From Rhizodiscina lignyota (Eukaryota), in assembly GCA_010015805.1 (NCBI GenBank), contig ML978122.1:654453-718452 (forward strand): a stretch of DNA of 64,000 nucleotides, read 5' to 3'. Each line of letters begins with the position of its first letter. Positions within the stretch are counted from its first letter, which is position 1. The position numbers and the translations under genes are program-made. Positions 48,810 through 60,510 of this stretch are shown piece after piece. The notes under the pieces were generated by a model. It was not told the DNA's origin and ran no database searches. It worked only from the letters and a program-made list of their open reading frames with translations.

Positions 48810-49511
48810 CTCGTCCACATATATGTGCGTCTTGAGGCCCTGTATCGTACACCCATCTTTCCGGAAGGTATGTATCTTCTTACCGCTTTATACACGAGCC
48901 AGTAGAGCCTAGGAGCCGAGATCGGCGGAAGGTACATCTTGAAGCTGGACTCGATAGAGAATCTGACCTTCCTCCTGAGGAAACGCGAGATGGTTGCTGC
49001 GAGTCGACGTTAAAAATCTCGACAAATTATGTTGGCACGTGTTAGTGCAGCAATCCCTGTCCAGTACTAAGGAACTAGGATCCCCTGAGCGACAGATTTG
49101 GGTGGAGGGGTACCGAGCATTAGGTATGGTTGTACCGAGTTTTAGGTAGCGCAAACCCATAGATCTGGTTGCTTAGGAACCGGGAATCCACCCGTCGCGT
49201 CGCCTTGGCTTACATACTTAGCGTAGAAAGAGCGGCCATCAGCGCCGGGCATTTTGCACCGGAATCTTGATACGATGAGTGTTCATTAAGACTAAAGAGT
49301 ATCTCGCTTCACGAATCGACGATTTATTTCTGTCAAAGCTGCTATGCCCTTCAGCATCTCAGAAATTTGGTGTCCGTAGAGTACTGGAATCTTGCCCAGG
49401 GACCTTTCTACATAGTACATAGCGACTTCCTGTTAAAAACCTCCCCGTTGACGATTTCTGTTCACAACGAATGATGACGAAGGTGCCAGTGTTGGCGTCT
49501 TTCATTTGGTG

Positions 49512-51437
49512 CTAGTGAATATCAGGTTCGTGAGCCTCATCTTCTTCCACATGCGGGTTTATCCGCCACCAGCTGGACTTAAGACCTTTCCAGAATTTCC
49601 CCCTCGTTGGAGCGTGAGATGGAAGGCCGCTGAGACTCGCTGCGACTTCTCTCGTGACTCTCTCCTCAACCGCTTCTGGAAGTCTAATAGAATGAGTATG
49701 AGGAAGGTGCTCGGTGCTCCGATCAGCCGACACTTCGACCACTCGCGCAATCTTCACTTCAACCACTAAACAAGCCTCTTCCCACATTATCTGTTCAGAA
49801 ATAGTTGCAAGAATGTTGTAGGGAAGACTCGACGCACTCGATCTCTTAAGGTCGTGAAGGGACGATAGAAAGCGACCCGAGAGATCTAGACTTTGACTAG
49901 AGCTGATGGGCGAATTGGGAACATCTTCTATGCTGACATTAACACCACACCAGACTGAGACCCATCTCGCCCTAGACTCGACATATCTTAATTCTCCGCT
50001 AAAACGGACAATTGCCATACGATAAGGAGGCCAGTCATTTTGATTGTGGTATAGTCGGCTAGGGCATATTAGAAGACCTGCTGTCCATTGAGTTGATTGG
50101 TGATCATCAGGCTGAGGGAGAGAAATCCGGAGAGTCCTGGCGTTCGCTTTCCAGGCTTTCTCAGGTGAAAAGTGGATATCCCACATCCTAGAATCAAATT
50201 CGGAATCCGGTGCCCAGCGGAAAAGACACATCTTGGAGCGCATTCCAATCCGGCGCTCGGTCGGGTCTCTTGTTGTATGCTCCTGTGTGATATATATCTC
50301 TTGCAGTCGAACATTTGATCTAAATTCTGCTACACTCAATTGGCCATCTCGGTCAAAGACGGAAACTCTTCCATCGGCCACCGAGCCTAACTTCTCCTGT
50401 AGTATCAAACCTATTGGCCCTCGTATATCATCTCGGTACCGACACTGGAGGATCCCTTGGTAGATTCTGTTTGCAATAGCGACGAGTGGCAACTGGATAT
50501 GGAGACCCCTGTGAGTCATGGTGAATGATTCGCTTGGGCTGTAGCGCTTATCGTACGCCTTAACAATTCTTGCGCCGCCTCTGAAGTATATGGGGTCTGT
50601 GGCTAGGATTTTGTTTTCCTGATCATGAGCAAATATCGATTGGTCGTCCGATACTCGAATTATTTCTTCTTGGAGTCGTATGAACGCCTTATCTCGTTCT
50701 CCATATATGAGCGGCATATTGACATCGAAAAGACCCAGCAAGCAGTAGGCCATATCCTCGACTCGTGAAGTGTGCCGGCCCGAGGCCCATGCCATCTTGT
50801 TTGCTATGCAAATATCGCCGTCTCGCAGAAGATCTGGATTTCTTAACACCATCCCATCAATACCTGTGATCCTTGAAATAGCGGCACTGAAAGTTTCTGC
50901 CTTGCTGCCTAGGAAACGCCAATCGGCAGCGTAGAATTCGATATGGCGAGGAGCAATCAGTTCTTGCAGCGTCCAACCTCTTGTAAACCATCTGCTCTTT
51001 GCGAATTCTGATTCCATCAACGTTTGCTCTTCGGCTGAACCAGGCTCGAACAGCTTGGACACACCGGGCATCCTGTCTCTGATGGAGAGGGGGACATTGC
51101 GCACATCCTCAAGGAATGCGAGACAAACTTTGGCCCGCTGATAGAATCGAAACATTGAGTTGATAGCCTCACTGAGCTCAGCGCTGCTCTTTTTGTCGAT
51201 GCAGCAAGTGTCGACCCATACGAAATTGAGCTTGAGTCTACGCGCTTTATTGCAGGCATTTTGAATTTTTCGAAATCCAGCAAGACCTTTGAGTTCATCA
51301 GTGGATCCCTGAAACTGCTGAAACGTGATCTCTTCTTTGCCCCATGTATGTGATAGGATCGCGTAGGGTGGCGTTTCGTCGTCCAGATACTCCACCAGCT
51401 CCAGAGCGTCCCGATCCACGCAGCGAATTAGCCTCAT
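49512..51437 (-). CDS. HET-domain protein (HET-E N-terminal type) with an unassigned C-terminal region
   Basis: MRLI, PPYAILSHTWGKEE, VWVDTCCIDKKSSAELSEAINSMFRFY, SRWFTRGWTLQELIAP, EDMAYCLLGLFDVNMPLIYGE and AFIRLQEEII..DDQSIFA. No NACHT P-loop is seen. Confidence 0.95.
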   Translation of the reverse strand: MRLIRCVDRDALELVEYLDDETPPYAILSHTWGKEEITFQQFQGSTDELKGLAGFRKIQNACNKARRLKLNFVWVDTCCIDKKSSAELSEAINSMFRFYQRAKVCLAFLEDVRNVPLSIRDRMPGVSKLFEPGSAEEQTLMESEFAKSRWFTRGWTLQELIAPRHIEFYAADWRFLGSKAETFSAAISRITGIDGMVLRNPDLLRDGDICIANKMAWASGRHTSRVEDMAYCLLGLFDVNMPLIYGERDKAFIRLQEEIIRVSDDQSIFAHDQENKILATDPIYFRGGARIVKAYDKRYSPSESFTMTHRGLHIQLPLVAIANRIYQGILQCRYRDDIRGPIGLILQEKLGSVADGRVSVFDRDGQLSVAEFRSNVRLQEIYITQEHTTRDPTERRIGMRSKMCLFRWAPDSEFDSRMWDIHFSPEKAWKANARTLRISLPQPDDHQSTQWTAGLLICPSRLYHNQNDWPPYRMAIVRFSGELRYVESRARWVSVWCGVNVSIEDVPNSPISSSQSLDLSGRFLSSLHDLKRSSASSLPYNILATISEQIMWEEACLVVEVKIARVVEVSADRSTEHLPHTHSIRLPEAVEERVTREVAASLSGLPSHAPTRGKFWKGLKSSWWRINPHVEEDEAHEPDIH

Positions 51438-52566
51438 GGTGCATCCCAATTCCAGGTGTGGATAAAAGAGATAAGTCAGGAAGGCTTATCAAATGGCATA
51501 AAGAATCTTCATGAACCTCTCGTGCGGGGAGATCGGTAGGCTCTCGTATGGGAGACACGGCTCGTATGTACATATGGCTTGTTAGACATAGCGTCCCAGA
51601 GCCGGTATCAATGAATACGGAGAGCGGTCGGGAGCCATATTGCTGTGAACAGGCACAAAGTTTTAGAAGGAGTGTTGGAATGGGCGACTCACTGGAGTTG
51701 CAGACAGAAACCGCAAGGCTGTATACTTATAGTTGGTCGTGGGCAGGGCGACGTACTTAGTCAGGTTAAATAACGGTAACGCAGGTTTCAAAGAGGAAAC
51801 GCGCTTGGTGGCACAGTGTGGTGGAGAGGTCACTGAGAGACATTGTGTCTACATTTTATATAAGAGGTAGTATTTTTCTTGTCTAATAAAGCGACTATGC
51901 AATTTCAGCAGCTCAATATATGACCGTGCCCCGATACTTTGTTAGCCTGCCAGGAGGAGATCATAGCGTCACTAGCCTCTCCTGTATATAACCGAGCATT
52001 TCCCCTGGAGAGCTTCCTTCCTCAATCAAATCATTTCAACATTCGTGCTCTGTCACAGTCTCTAAGGCTCCATCATCCAGCATGGAAAGCTCGAGGGTGA
52101 CGTATCAGTTGGCCTCAGGACAAGCTGTAACGCCTGAGGGCGAGCAGTTCTTGAACTTCACGAGAGAGTGAGAAGGGCCGTCTCTGAAACCTCCCTTCCA
52201 AGTTTTTCGGAGATCTCCTGGGTGTAAATAACCATAGCGCTGCAACACGTATCGTATGCCGGCGGCTCGTTGAAGTATGGGTACCATGGATAGCACAATG
52301 ATACCAGGTTTCGAAGTCTGTACACAGCGATCGTCAAACTTCCTACAATTCCGCATCGCTGTAGCAGGATGCAGTGCGTGGAACTCGGTTCACTGAAGGC
52401 TGGGGCGATAGGACCAAGGCTAGACTCACCTGAGAGAATCAGTACACAAAACATTTACTAAATGCCTTTGGAGAAGCAGTCACCACTGGACAATGCTCTG
52501 ACCCCGTTACCGGCCCTGTCTCCGCCGACATTGTTTCTTTGCGTTTCATCCGAAGCCCATAAGGGC

Positions 52567-53907
52567 CTAGGATGACTGGGTGGTGGTCGACTGGCTCGTT
52601 GTAGTTGAGGCGGCGCCCGTGGTACTTGAATCCGTCGTCGAAGCAACTGATGCTATTCCAAGCTTCTTTTCAAGCTCAGCTCGTTCTACACTAGCCGTGA
52701 CCCGGTCATGCGCTTGATTGGCTTCCGTTCGATCCTGTTGGAAACTTTGCTGCGCCGCTCTAGCTTTCTTCCCAAGCTTGCTGAGCCCGAGCACTGCAAT
52801 GCGCTCCGCATCCGGTCCGACGCTTTGTGCGACTTCCCATACCCCGAGATGGTTCATCGTCCAGTCATGCGATAATATTATAGGAGTAAATAACTCGGGA
52901 ACGACGTACACCTGCACTTTCGCCATCTCGCTCTCTCCCGATTTATTCTTCCAGCAGAACTTCAGTTTGGTAATACCTCTAACGAGGATTGTCTGGTTAG
53001 GCGTAGCAGTCCAGAGGGCTCTTCGGTCGTCCGGTTTGGCTTCCTCGACGGTTAATCCAAGCTTCCGAGCTAGCTCTTCAGCAATGCAACAGTCAGTTGC
53101 ACCAGTGTCAAGCAATGCGTCTTTATGGACATCAAATAAACCATTTGATGCCCTGCACAAAGACACCGACAAGAAGGCCAAGGTGCCCCCACAAACCTGA
53201 AAACTATGAGTATTACATGACCTGTAGTTCAGTAGAATCTATACCTCGGTAGCGAGAGTACTCAGACTCATCGTTTCAACGTCGGAGGACCATTGTCGTG
53301 GTACAGTTTCATGACCCTGTATAAATGATGGGAGATTCCTCGGGGAGGCTCTCTCTGCGTATCTCTTGATGGTCCGGCTAAGTAGGATGTAACAAATGTC
53401 GTTAGTTGAACATTTGAGAGTTTCCATTTTCTCGAGCATCTTCTGTCTCTCTGTCATCTGCCAGATTATCTTTCGAATGGTACTGAAGGGCTCCGGGCCT
53501 GGATCAGTAGAGATCCCATACTTCCGACCAGCGCGTGTAAAGGCGTCAGAACGAGTTAATCTTGTAATTTTAGATGCAGCCACTATCACATCGATTAGAT
53601 TGTTGCAAATGCTCTCAACAGAATCTATGAAAGAATCGTATCGATAGCCTAGCAACTCCTTCAGCTGAAGCTCCGAGGTGTGTGGCTCCCTTCGGCCAGG
53701 GTCCAAGAATTCTCTAAGATTGATTTCAACGTTCATGTGGTTTCGAAGCTGCGTATATTGAGTCGCTAGTTCTTTCTTGAGCTTGAACAAGTCGTGCTGG
53801 ACTGATGATGATCTCGACTCAATTTGGAAAGTTTCTACTACCGAGACGCTTCGGGATAGGTGACCAGGGTGACCAAGAACTGTTTGGGATTTCTCAAGTC
53901 CAGACAT
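52567..53907 (-). CDS. Helical (HeLo/SesA-like) N-terminal domain fused to a retropepsin-like aspartyl protease; 2 exons
   Basis: Starts MSGLE at 53907 (alternative ATG 53943). A 48-nt intron 53197..53244 (GAG|GTATAG..TTTTCAG|GTT) joins ORFs 53239..54003 and 52567..53181 in frame. Protease motifs ALLDTGATDCCIAEELARKLGL, VYVVP and IILSHDW are followed by a coiled coil and a S/T tail. Confidence 0.75.
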
Positions 53908-54385
53908 GCCGTCAACCTTGTAGAAGATGCGTTCCAATTCCATCTGTCGAAGAGTTCGAGGCTGACGAGGATCGTGACAGTCGCGAGGTCTCTGGAGAAG
54001 CACGGTCGGATACGGCTATTGCGATTGTCCAGGATGTATCGTCGCAACGCGTCCAACTGGTTCGACAGCGTAGCCTTCTTAGCAGCTCTGTAGTAATTGC
54101 TATGGATGAACGTAAAGGGATGTAGCTGAGTCCGAGCTGCAGAATTTTGCCACGTCCCGTTTCATGACCCAACGTTGAACGTGGGGCAGTTTCGGCCTCA
54201 GGACCTAATTTCATACCTGCACGACGAGGCTGGGTCTTCGATTGAACTCAACGTGACATGTGGAGCATATAATCAGCCTCAAGCAATCAATATTTACTAT
54301 ACATCTTTCTCTTCTGCACCTGTCCGTTTCACATATACGAATTGGGAAGAGACCATTTCAAGAGACTATAAACAACTTCGTGAGA

Positions 54386-55401
54386 ATGACCGCTTCGAAA
54401 GTCAATTATGCAGCCTTTGCCGAGTTCCTCAGCACCCCTCCGGACGAACTGGCGCTACTAAGGTTCCGGGAGCTCAATATTCGCAATTTGCTATTCTATC
54501 AGGCTGAGCTGGTTCATCTCGGGCGTCAGCTCCGAGACATTGAAGACCTTGACGCCAGGCTACATCCGGAGCCTGAGAAGCGGGTTAACTACAGGTGGAC
54601 GCCGGCCATGGCCTCAAGACCGAGTAATACCGTAGCGCATACGAACTTGTCTTCTGCCACGCAAACCACAGCAGCCCCAAATGCACAGATTGCAATGTCG
54701 GCACCTGCTACGACAGCTGATCTCTACCGGGACAAAATGCTTGAGGTTCGCGAGACACTGGCGAAATACAGTATGTGGCCATTAAAATACATTGATTAGC
54801 TCTCACCTCTGTGCGTGCTAGATGAAGCACTCAATGCCTACGCCTTGCAGGAGGGATTGTCCGCTCCTCGCAAGGAAACAATTAAAGTGTATCGCGACTG
54901 GTTGGACCGTGAAGACCTCGGCGCGTCTTTCCTCTCAGGTGCCTTCGAAGACGTCTGGGACCCGAAATCGAGTACACAGGATTTCGTGAGTTTCACTCCG
55001 ACCCATGGTCTTGTACACTGGATTGGCCTGTTCCTGGTCCAATTGAAGTTCGTGTTATCGAGAGATAAAGGTCCCAGTCGAGTGTATAGCGTGAATAGCT
55101 CTGGTACAGGACAACTGGCCCGGGGAGTTTCAGTGATAATATCGAGCACATTTCCGGTGCTTCCGATTATCATCCTCTTTTTCATCAACGATCTGCTCGT
55201 GCGTATTGGGCTGATTTTGGTGTTCACCGCCGTATTTGCCGCTATACTGGTCTTCGGCACAAAGTTGGAACCTGACAAAGTGCTGGCAATCACTACCGCG
55301 TAAGCAATAGTCCAGTGGTTCTATGTGCGCATACTGAATTTTCCAGGATTGCGGCGTTACAAGTGGTATTTGTCGGAAGTACGGCCGACGTTCAAAAGTA
55401 A
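54386..55401 (+). CDS. DUF6594-type membrane protein; 3 exons
   Basis: NYAAFAEFLS..LRFRELNIRNLLFYQAELVHL..LEVRETLAKY.EAL and C-terminal TM helices ending TTAIAALQVVFVGS. Introns 54772..54821 and ~55300..55347. Confidence 0.85.
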
Positions 55402-57927
55402 GCGGTGCTCTCTGAAGCTTCCTTGGCTGTGGGAAGGCTCTTTCTCTGTCCGCAATGGATGTTCTCACTTAAAACATGGCGGTTTCTCGTATCCTGCACC
55501 CCCTGAAATCGAATTCGGACTTGGGGTTGAATATCACCATTGCCGAGAATGTGCCGAAAGAAGCGCGGTAACTTCGCTGCGTGAACAGATGGCGATGCAT
55601 GCAAGGCTCTGCTATGTGTTGATAGATGTGTTAGCATTTATAGAAAAGCTGGATAGCTTTTCTAATTGCGAGCAAGCCGTGGGCGCTCCGAATGGGCGGC
55701 ACTCATATTCAACGACCTTGATTTGTTCGCTCGACTAGGAGTTCAAAAGCATCAACGAGATAGTTATCTCAGGACGCGAGCAGCCAGTCTCCGGACATTG
55801 AATCAGCCTTGCAGTTCCGTATTATTCTACATGTTCAATTGTCCGTTCCGATGCGGCGAGTCCGTGTGCAGCTATAGGCAGATGTGAGCAAAGATAGATT
55901 TAAGCATGATCGCCGTGCTGTCATAAGCGTGTGGGCGAGTGGCGCAAGCTGCGGGTTGCGCTGAGACGAGCGTTCTGAGGTCAGATCTTTGCACTCGGCT
56001 CCACCCCGACGCTGCGACAATTCGCCATTCGACGAGAGGCGTTCCCACGCGAGCAACACCTAAGAGCGTGAATGCAGAAGCCTGAGTCATCACGGAAATT
56101 GAGGCTGGCGTGTGATTGATGAAGTCATAGGGCTTTCACGCGTTTATCGGGACGGCGACATTGGCAATAGAAAATTCTGCGTGCCCCGTCGAAGCGATGG
56201 CGGCGCTGGAAGGGTGGAAGCAGGCTAGAAGTGTCGTGGCAGCCAAAAGCACTTCGCGGCGCACGTCAAGATGTCGCGTTGGCATGGCTATCGCTGCAGG
56301 AAAAAGCTGTGGGGGAAGCCGACCGTTTCAAAGAATTGAAGGCTACCGCATTCGGGGGCGGGCGCTCAGGGGAAAGGTGAGCAGACGGAGGGCGGGAGCA
56401 GTTGAAACGGGGGGAGGCTCGGCCAGCCCGTTATCTCACGCTTGAAACATGGCGAGGTCGCACCGGCCTGCCTTTCAACTTGTAACGCGTGGAAACGGTA
56501 ATGTCGTTTGCAGAGGGAGTTCAGCGCAGTTGATGAGCTCCTGAGATGAGTTCAGGCGGGAGCAGACGCATCCGGAGAATTGAATGAAGCAAAGATAGAA
56601 TGCGGACAGACGAGATTAATGGGTGCAAGGGCGACCCATGGCGCGATATTCTCCTTCTGGAATGCAGCGAATGTCGCCATGTCAATGTGGACCACGGCAC
56701 GTGTGAGGCGCGCAAGATGGTGAGATGCGTGCCTGGATCGCCGGTGCTGCCAGTGCATAGCCGCCCACAGTGTGCGGTGTTCCGTTTTTGGCTCTGCCTC
56801 TTCGCGTGCTGGCCCATGGCTCGGCGGGCAGGGAGATGCGAGACCTCTCAAATGCGATTCCGCGGGCGAGAATGCGGGAGGAGTTCAGCATCGTGACATA
56901 CGAGCAGCGGCGTCTCCTGCTGGCCTGTCGCGCACTGTGTGGTGGTGACAGAGGCCGCAGAGCGCATGGAGGGACAAAGGCGGGCAGGAGCTGCGGCGCG
57001 CCAATTGGCGGGCGCGGCGCAGGGGCATGCAGCTAGCGCGGCCGGCTGAAAGGGCTTTGCTGGAAGGCGCTGGCTCGCTGGCAGGCGCGAGCGAATGAGT
57101 GGCCGGCCTGGCCGCTCCTGCCATTTGGCTGCCTCTTAGCACTGCGACCACTCCTTCTTTCTGACAAACACCACCTTCGTGCTCTTCTGTTCTCTCACCT
57201 CGCCCCTCCCTCCATCCCATAATCCACCTTTCCTTCTATCATACCCCTTACAATACCTCTCACTCTCTCTATCTTGTCCTTCCGGTGCTTGCATCTGCCG
57301 TCCGCGCTCTTGCTACCTCTTTTCACGCAGCCAAGCGCCTCCGTTGAGCCGTCCGAGTCCGCGCCCGTGAGCAGGCAACTCATCACACGCGACATCCTCC
57401 ACCAGCTGCTATCGACGTCGACTTGTTGACGAGCAACCATACGCAATCACCCCTCTCATTCTCTTGTGCATATTCGCTTCACCCGTCGCCCAAGGAGCCC
57501 GTTCCGCCAGCACCAAGTGTCGGCTGCCTCGCCTCCCGCCACGACACCTTTTTGCATCTCTGCTTTTTCCACGACAGCAACGCCTCAACAGACTAATTCA
57601 CTCCCCTCACGAGTCGCTCTCCGAGTACACGGCACACGACTACCCCGCTACATCTTTTAATTCCCTAATCGCCGACCTCTACCGGTCGTCAGCCTTCCTG
57701 CCTGTTTCGGACCTCCGTTCCTTCGACTCCCGCGACTTCACTCCAAAACACAAGCTTTTTGGTTGGACTTGTCCACGACGCACATACACTTCCTTCTACC
57801 CTTTACGACGTTGGCCTGACGGACACGATTTATCGACCGTTCACGCCACGGAAGAGAAAGACTTTCCTTGATTTATTGTCACCACCTTCATACTTCTGTC
57901 CTTGACGACCTTTGATCATCATCTAAC

Positions 57928-59568
57928 ATGGACACTGGCGGTCTTGCTCAGATGACTTACAACAACTTCTCTCCCGCCGGCGGCCTCGGCATGCCCGGTG
58001 CTGGCTTCGCTTCTCGTGGCAAGGGCTCCGGTCTCAAGCGCCTCAGCGTTGCCTCGCCGCCCTCAATCGCGCCCATCAGCGAGAATGGTGTTGAGACTAG
58101 TCACACTCCGAGGACCAGTCGATCTCACCTCCTCGCCGGTCTCCGTACGCAGCCGAAGACACCGGGCATCCCGGCTTCCGCTCCCTACAACCAGACCCAG
58201 CATCGCTTTGGCCTCGATGCTTCCAAGTATTCTGGTCAGAACAACAACAACGCCTATGGCCAGAATGTCCCTCACACCGCCATCGGTGCGACATTCTCAA
58301 ACACTGCTCAGCAGTACAGCATGAGCGCTGGACAGCAGGTCTACGCTCTCCCTGAGCAGGTTCTCGCCCCTCCCACCATCGACTACGCCGATATGCAGAG
58401 TGATGATGTAGACCCGAGTATGATGTCTCAGCTCATGGCGACCGAGCTGTTCCTTGCTCAGCGCCAGCAGCAGCTCCAGCAGCAACTGTTCAATCTTACT
58501 TCTGGCCTGCAGGGCATTAACATGAACGGCAATGCGAATGGTATGCGCCAAAACACTCAGTCTCCGCAAACCCCAATCACCCCGCAGATGAGTTACTATA
58601 GCCAGCAGCTTCAGAATGGTGTCTCTCCGATCCCGCAGGAGGTTCCTGGCCAGCCTGGCTTGTACGTTGTGTACAACCCAATGACGGGTCAGTACACGTA
58701 TGCTCTGGATCCGAGCGTCCAGCAGCTTGCCAATTCGCCTCCTCCGGCTACTCCGAACAGCTACAGCAAGTCTGCCTTCAATCCCGAGACGCCCACTTTC
58801 CAAGTGTCTCCTCCAATCGAAACGTCTCGCACCCACAACCCGTTCGACACCCGCAGCATCTCTCCGCCGAAGAAGTCTCCTTCACCGCCTGCCGACAACG
58901 TCGCTCCACTTCCGCCCCCATCCGCAACTGCCTTCCGCCGTGGCCACCACAAGAAAGTGTCTTCGCTTGCTTTCGACAATAACAGCAGCAGCCCTACAGT
59001 CAGCGATGGACCCAAGTCCGCCATCACCCGTCCTGTCGGGTTCCCTGCCACTCCCATGACCGGAACCTTCGGTCCTGGCAACGCTCGTGCTGGTGAGCAC
59101 CCTGTTCGTCAACCGCGTGGCCCACCGCCTATGGAGGAGCTTGTCGCAGCTCCAACCAGTAAGCATGAGGGCAGCAAGAACTTTGCCAGCCGTCAGCGCC
59201 GTCGTGCCGTCCACAGCCTCGTCAAGGCTGGTATCGAACGCCGTGGTGTCGGTCGCCAGAACAGCATGGACAGCACTGGTAACTCCATTCCCACTCCGGG
59301 AAGCGAGACCGAAGTCGTCTACGGTGTTCCAAGCGATGGTGAGGATAGCATCCACAGTGCTATGAGCGGAAGTGGTAGCTTGAGTGGCAGACCATCCTAC
59401 GGATCCTTGAAGGCTGCTGCGAACGCAGCGATTGGCAGCGAGATGAAGCAGAGGAAGGCAAGCGGCGATAGCGCCACTTCCATGGAGGAGTTTGTCAAGG
59501 AGCTTCCTGGTAACAGGAGGAGCCCAATGGGAATGCTTGCTGGCGCTGGCTTGAAGAGGGTGTACTAA
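57928..59568 (+). CDS. Low-complexity (Q/P/S-rich) fungal protein with an RQPRGPP..KNFASRQRRRA motif
   Basis: 546-aa single ORF with strong codon bias and a long pyrimidine-rich leader (~57150-57927). Function not assignable. Confidence 0.85.
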   Translation: MDTGGLAQMTYNNFSPAGGLGMPGAGFASRGKGSGLKRLSVASPPSIAPISENGVETSHTPRTSRSHLLAGLRTQPKTPGIPASAPYNQTQHRFGLDASKYSGQNNNNAYGQNVPHTAIGATFSNTAQQYSMSAGQQVYALPEQVLAPPTIDYADMQSDDVDPSMMSQLMATELFLAQRQQQLQQQLFNLTSGLQGINMNGNANGMRQNTQSPQTPITPQMSYYSQQLQNGVSPIPQEVPGQPGLYVVYNPMTGQYTYALDPSVQQLANSPPPATPNSYSKSAFNPETPTFQVSPPIETSRTHNPFDTRSISPPKKSPSPPADNVAPLPPPSATAFRRGHHKKVSSLAFDNNSSSPTVSDGPKSAITRPVGFPATPMTGTFGPGNARAGEHPVRQPRGPPPMEELVAAPTSKHEGSKNFASRQRRRAVHSLVKAGIERRGVGRQNSMDSTGNSIPTPGSETEVVYGVPSDGEDSIHSAMSGSGSLSGRPSYGSLKAAANAAIGSEMKQRKASGDSATSMEEFVKELPGNRRSPMGMLAGAGLKRVY

Positions 59569-60510
59569 AGGAGCTGATGGAGGATTGCATGGTTGGCGAG
59601 ATTCCTTGTCTCTGAAACATGGGATAAATCTTGTAACCGGGGAAGGGAGTTGTTGCGCTTCATACGACTTTGCTTTTCTTGCTTTTTCTTCTAACGGCCG
59701 AATGCACAACACAACTCATGAGGAACTTTTTCATTTGCAATTGTATTATTTGCATTCCCCCATGGCTTTTTTTTCTGCACTGCACTGCTACTTTGTAACC
59801 TTTTCACTTCTGTCCTGTCAAGTCCATTCCCTGCCTACTTGCTAGGGATGAGACTGACTTGACAGTCCACATCTACGTGGACTTTTTTACTGCCCTTTTT
59901 GCATTTGCGGATCGCGTTTGGAAAGAACAAGAAGAACCGGGGGTAAAAACTCACTTTTGATTACGGATACAAGTCTTGTAATCTTTCTGGGTTCTCATGT
60001 AGCCTCTTTTTCCATGGTTACGGCGTGGCGAGTATGGGCATAGGTGTTTTGCAAAAGAATAAAGTACAAGTAGGATTCCCAACAGGAATTCTGGCGGCGG
60101 TGGTGGTTCGACGAGGCGAGCGTGCAGCGTGGCGGGCGCGTCGCTACGGTTTCTTGATAGAAGTGGTGGCATGGGTAGCATAGCTAGCTAGCGAGGCGAA
60201 AAGAAATGAAAAGGACAATTGAATGATACATCAACTCTATTTCATCGCTGTTTTGTACACATTGCATCAGTGAAACACGTCTCATCGATTGTCAAAGCTT
60301 TGATTTATGAGAAATCAATTGACGAATCATTGCATTACGTTTCACATGGGATGACGGCGTGTCAGCATTGACATGAGTGACTTCATGGTTCCATGACTTT
60401 CACAAGCGCACGTCTCTTTTGAGTTCATACCGCTAGAACATCAGAAACCACGCGGCTGAATAAAATCAAGACATCAATTTCATTCCAGCATAAACCATAG
60501 AGTATCCACA

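Noticed and set aside
52567..53181. Retrotransposon pol protease of an LTR element
   Set aside because: No gag, RT, RNase H, integrase or LTRs are nearby, and the domain is joined to an upstream exon by a spliceosomal-type intron.
55450..57870. ORFs upstream of the 57928 gene (e.g. 57464..57871)
   Set aside because: Composition fits a GC-rich promoter and pyrimidine-rich 5' leader; no coding signature.
58882..59712. Long antisense or alternate-frame ORFs over real genes (also 12106..12984, 38173..38979)
   Set aside because: Shadow ORFs caused by codon bias of the real coding frame.
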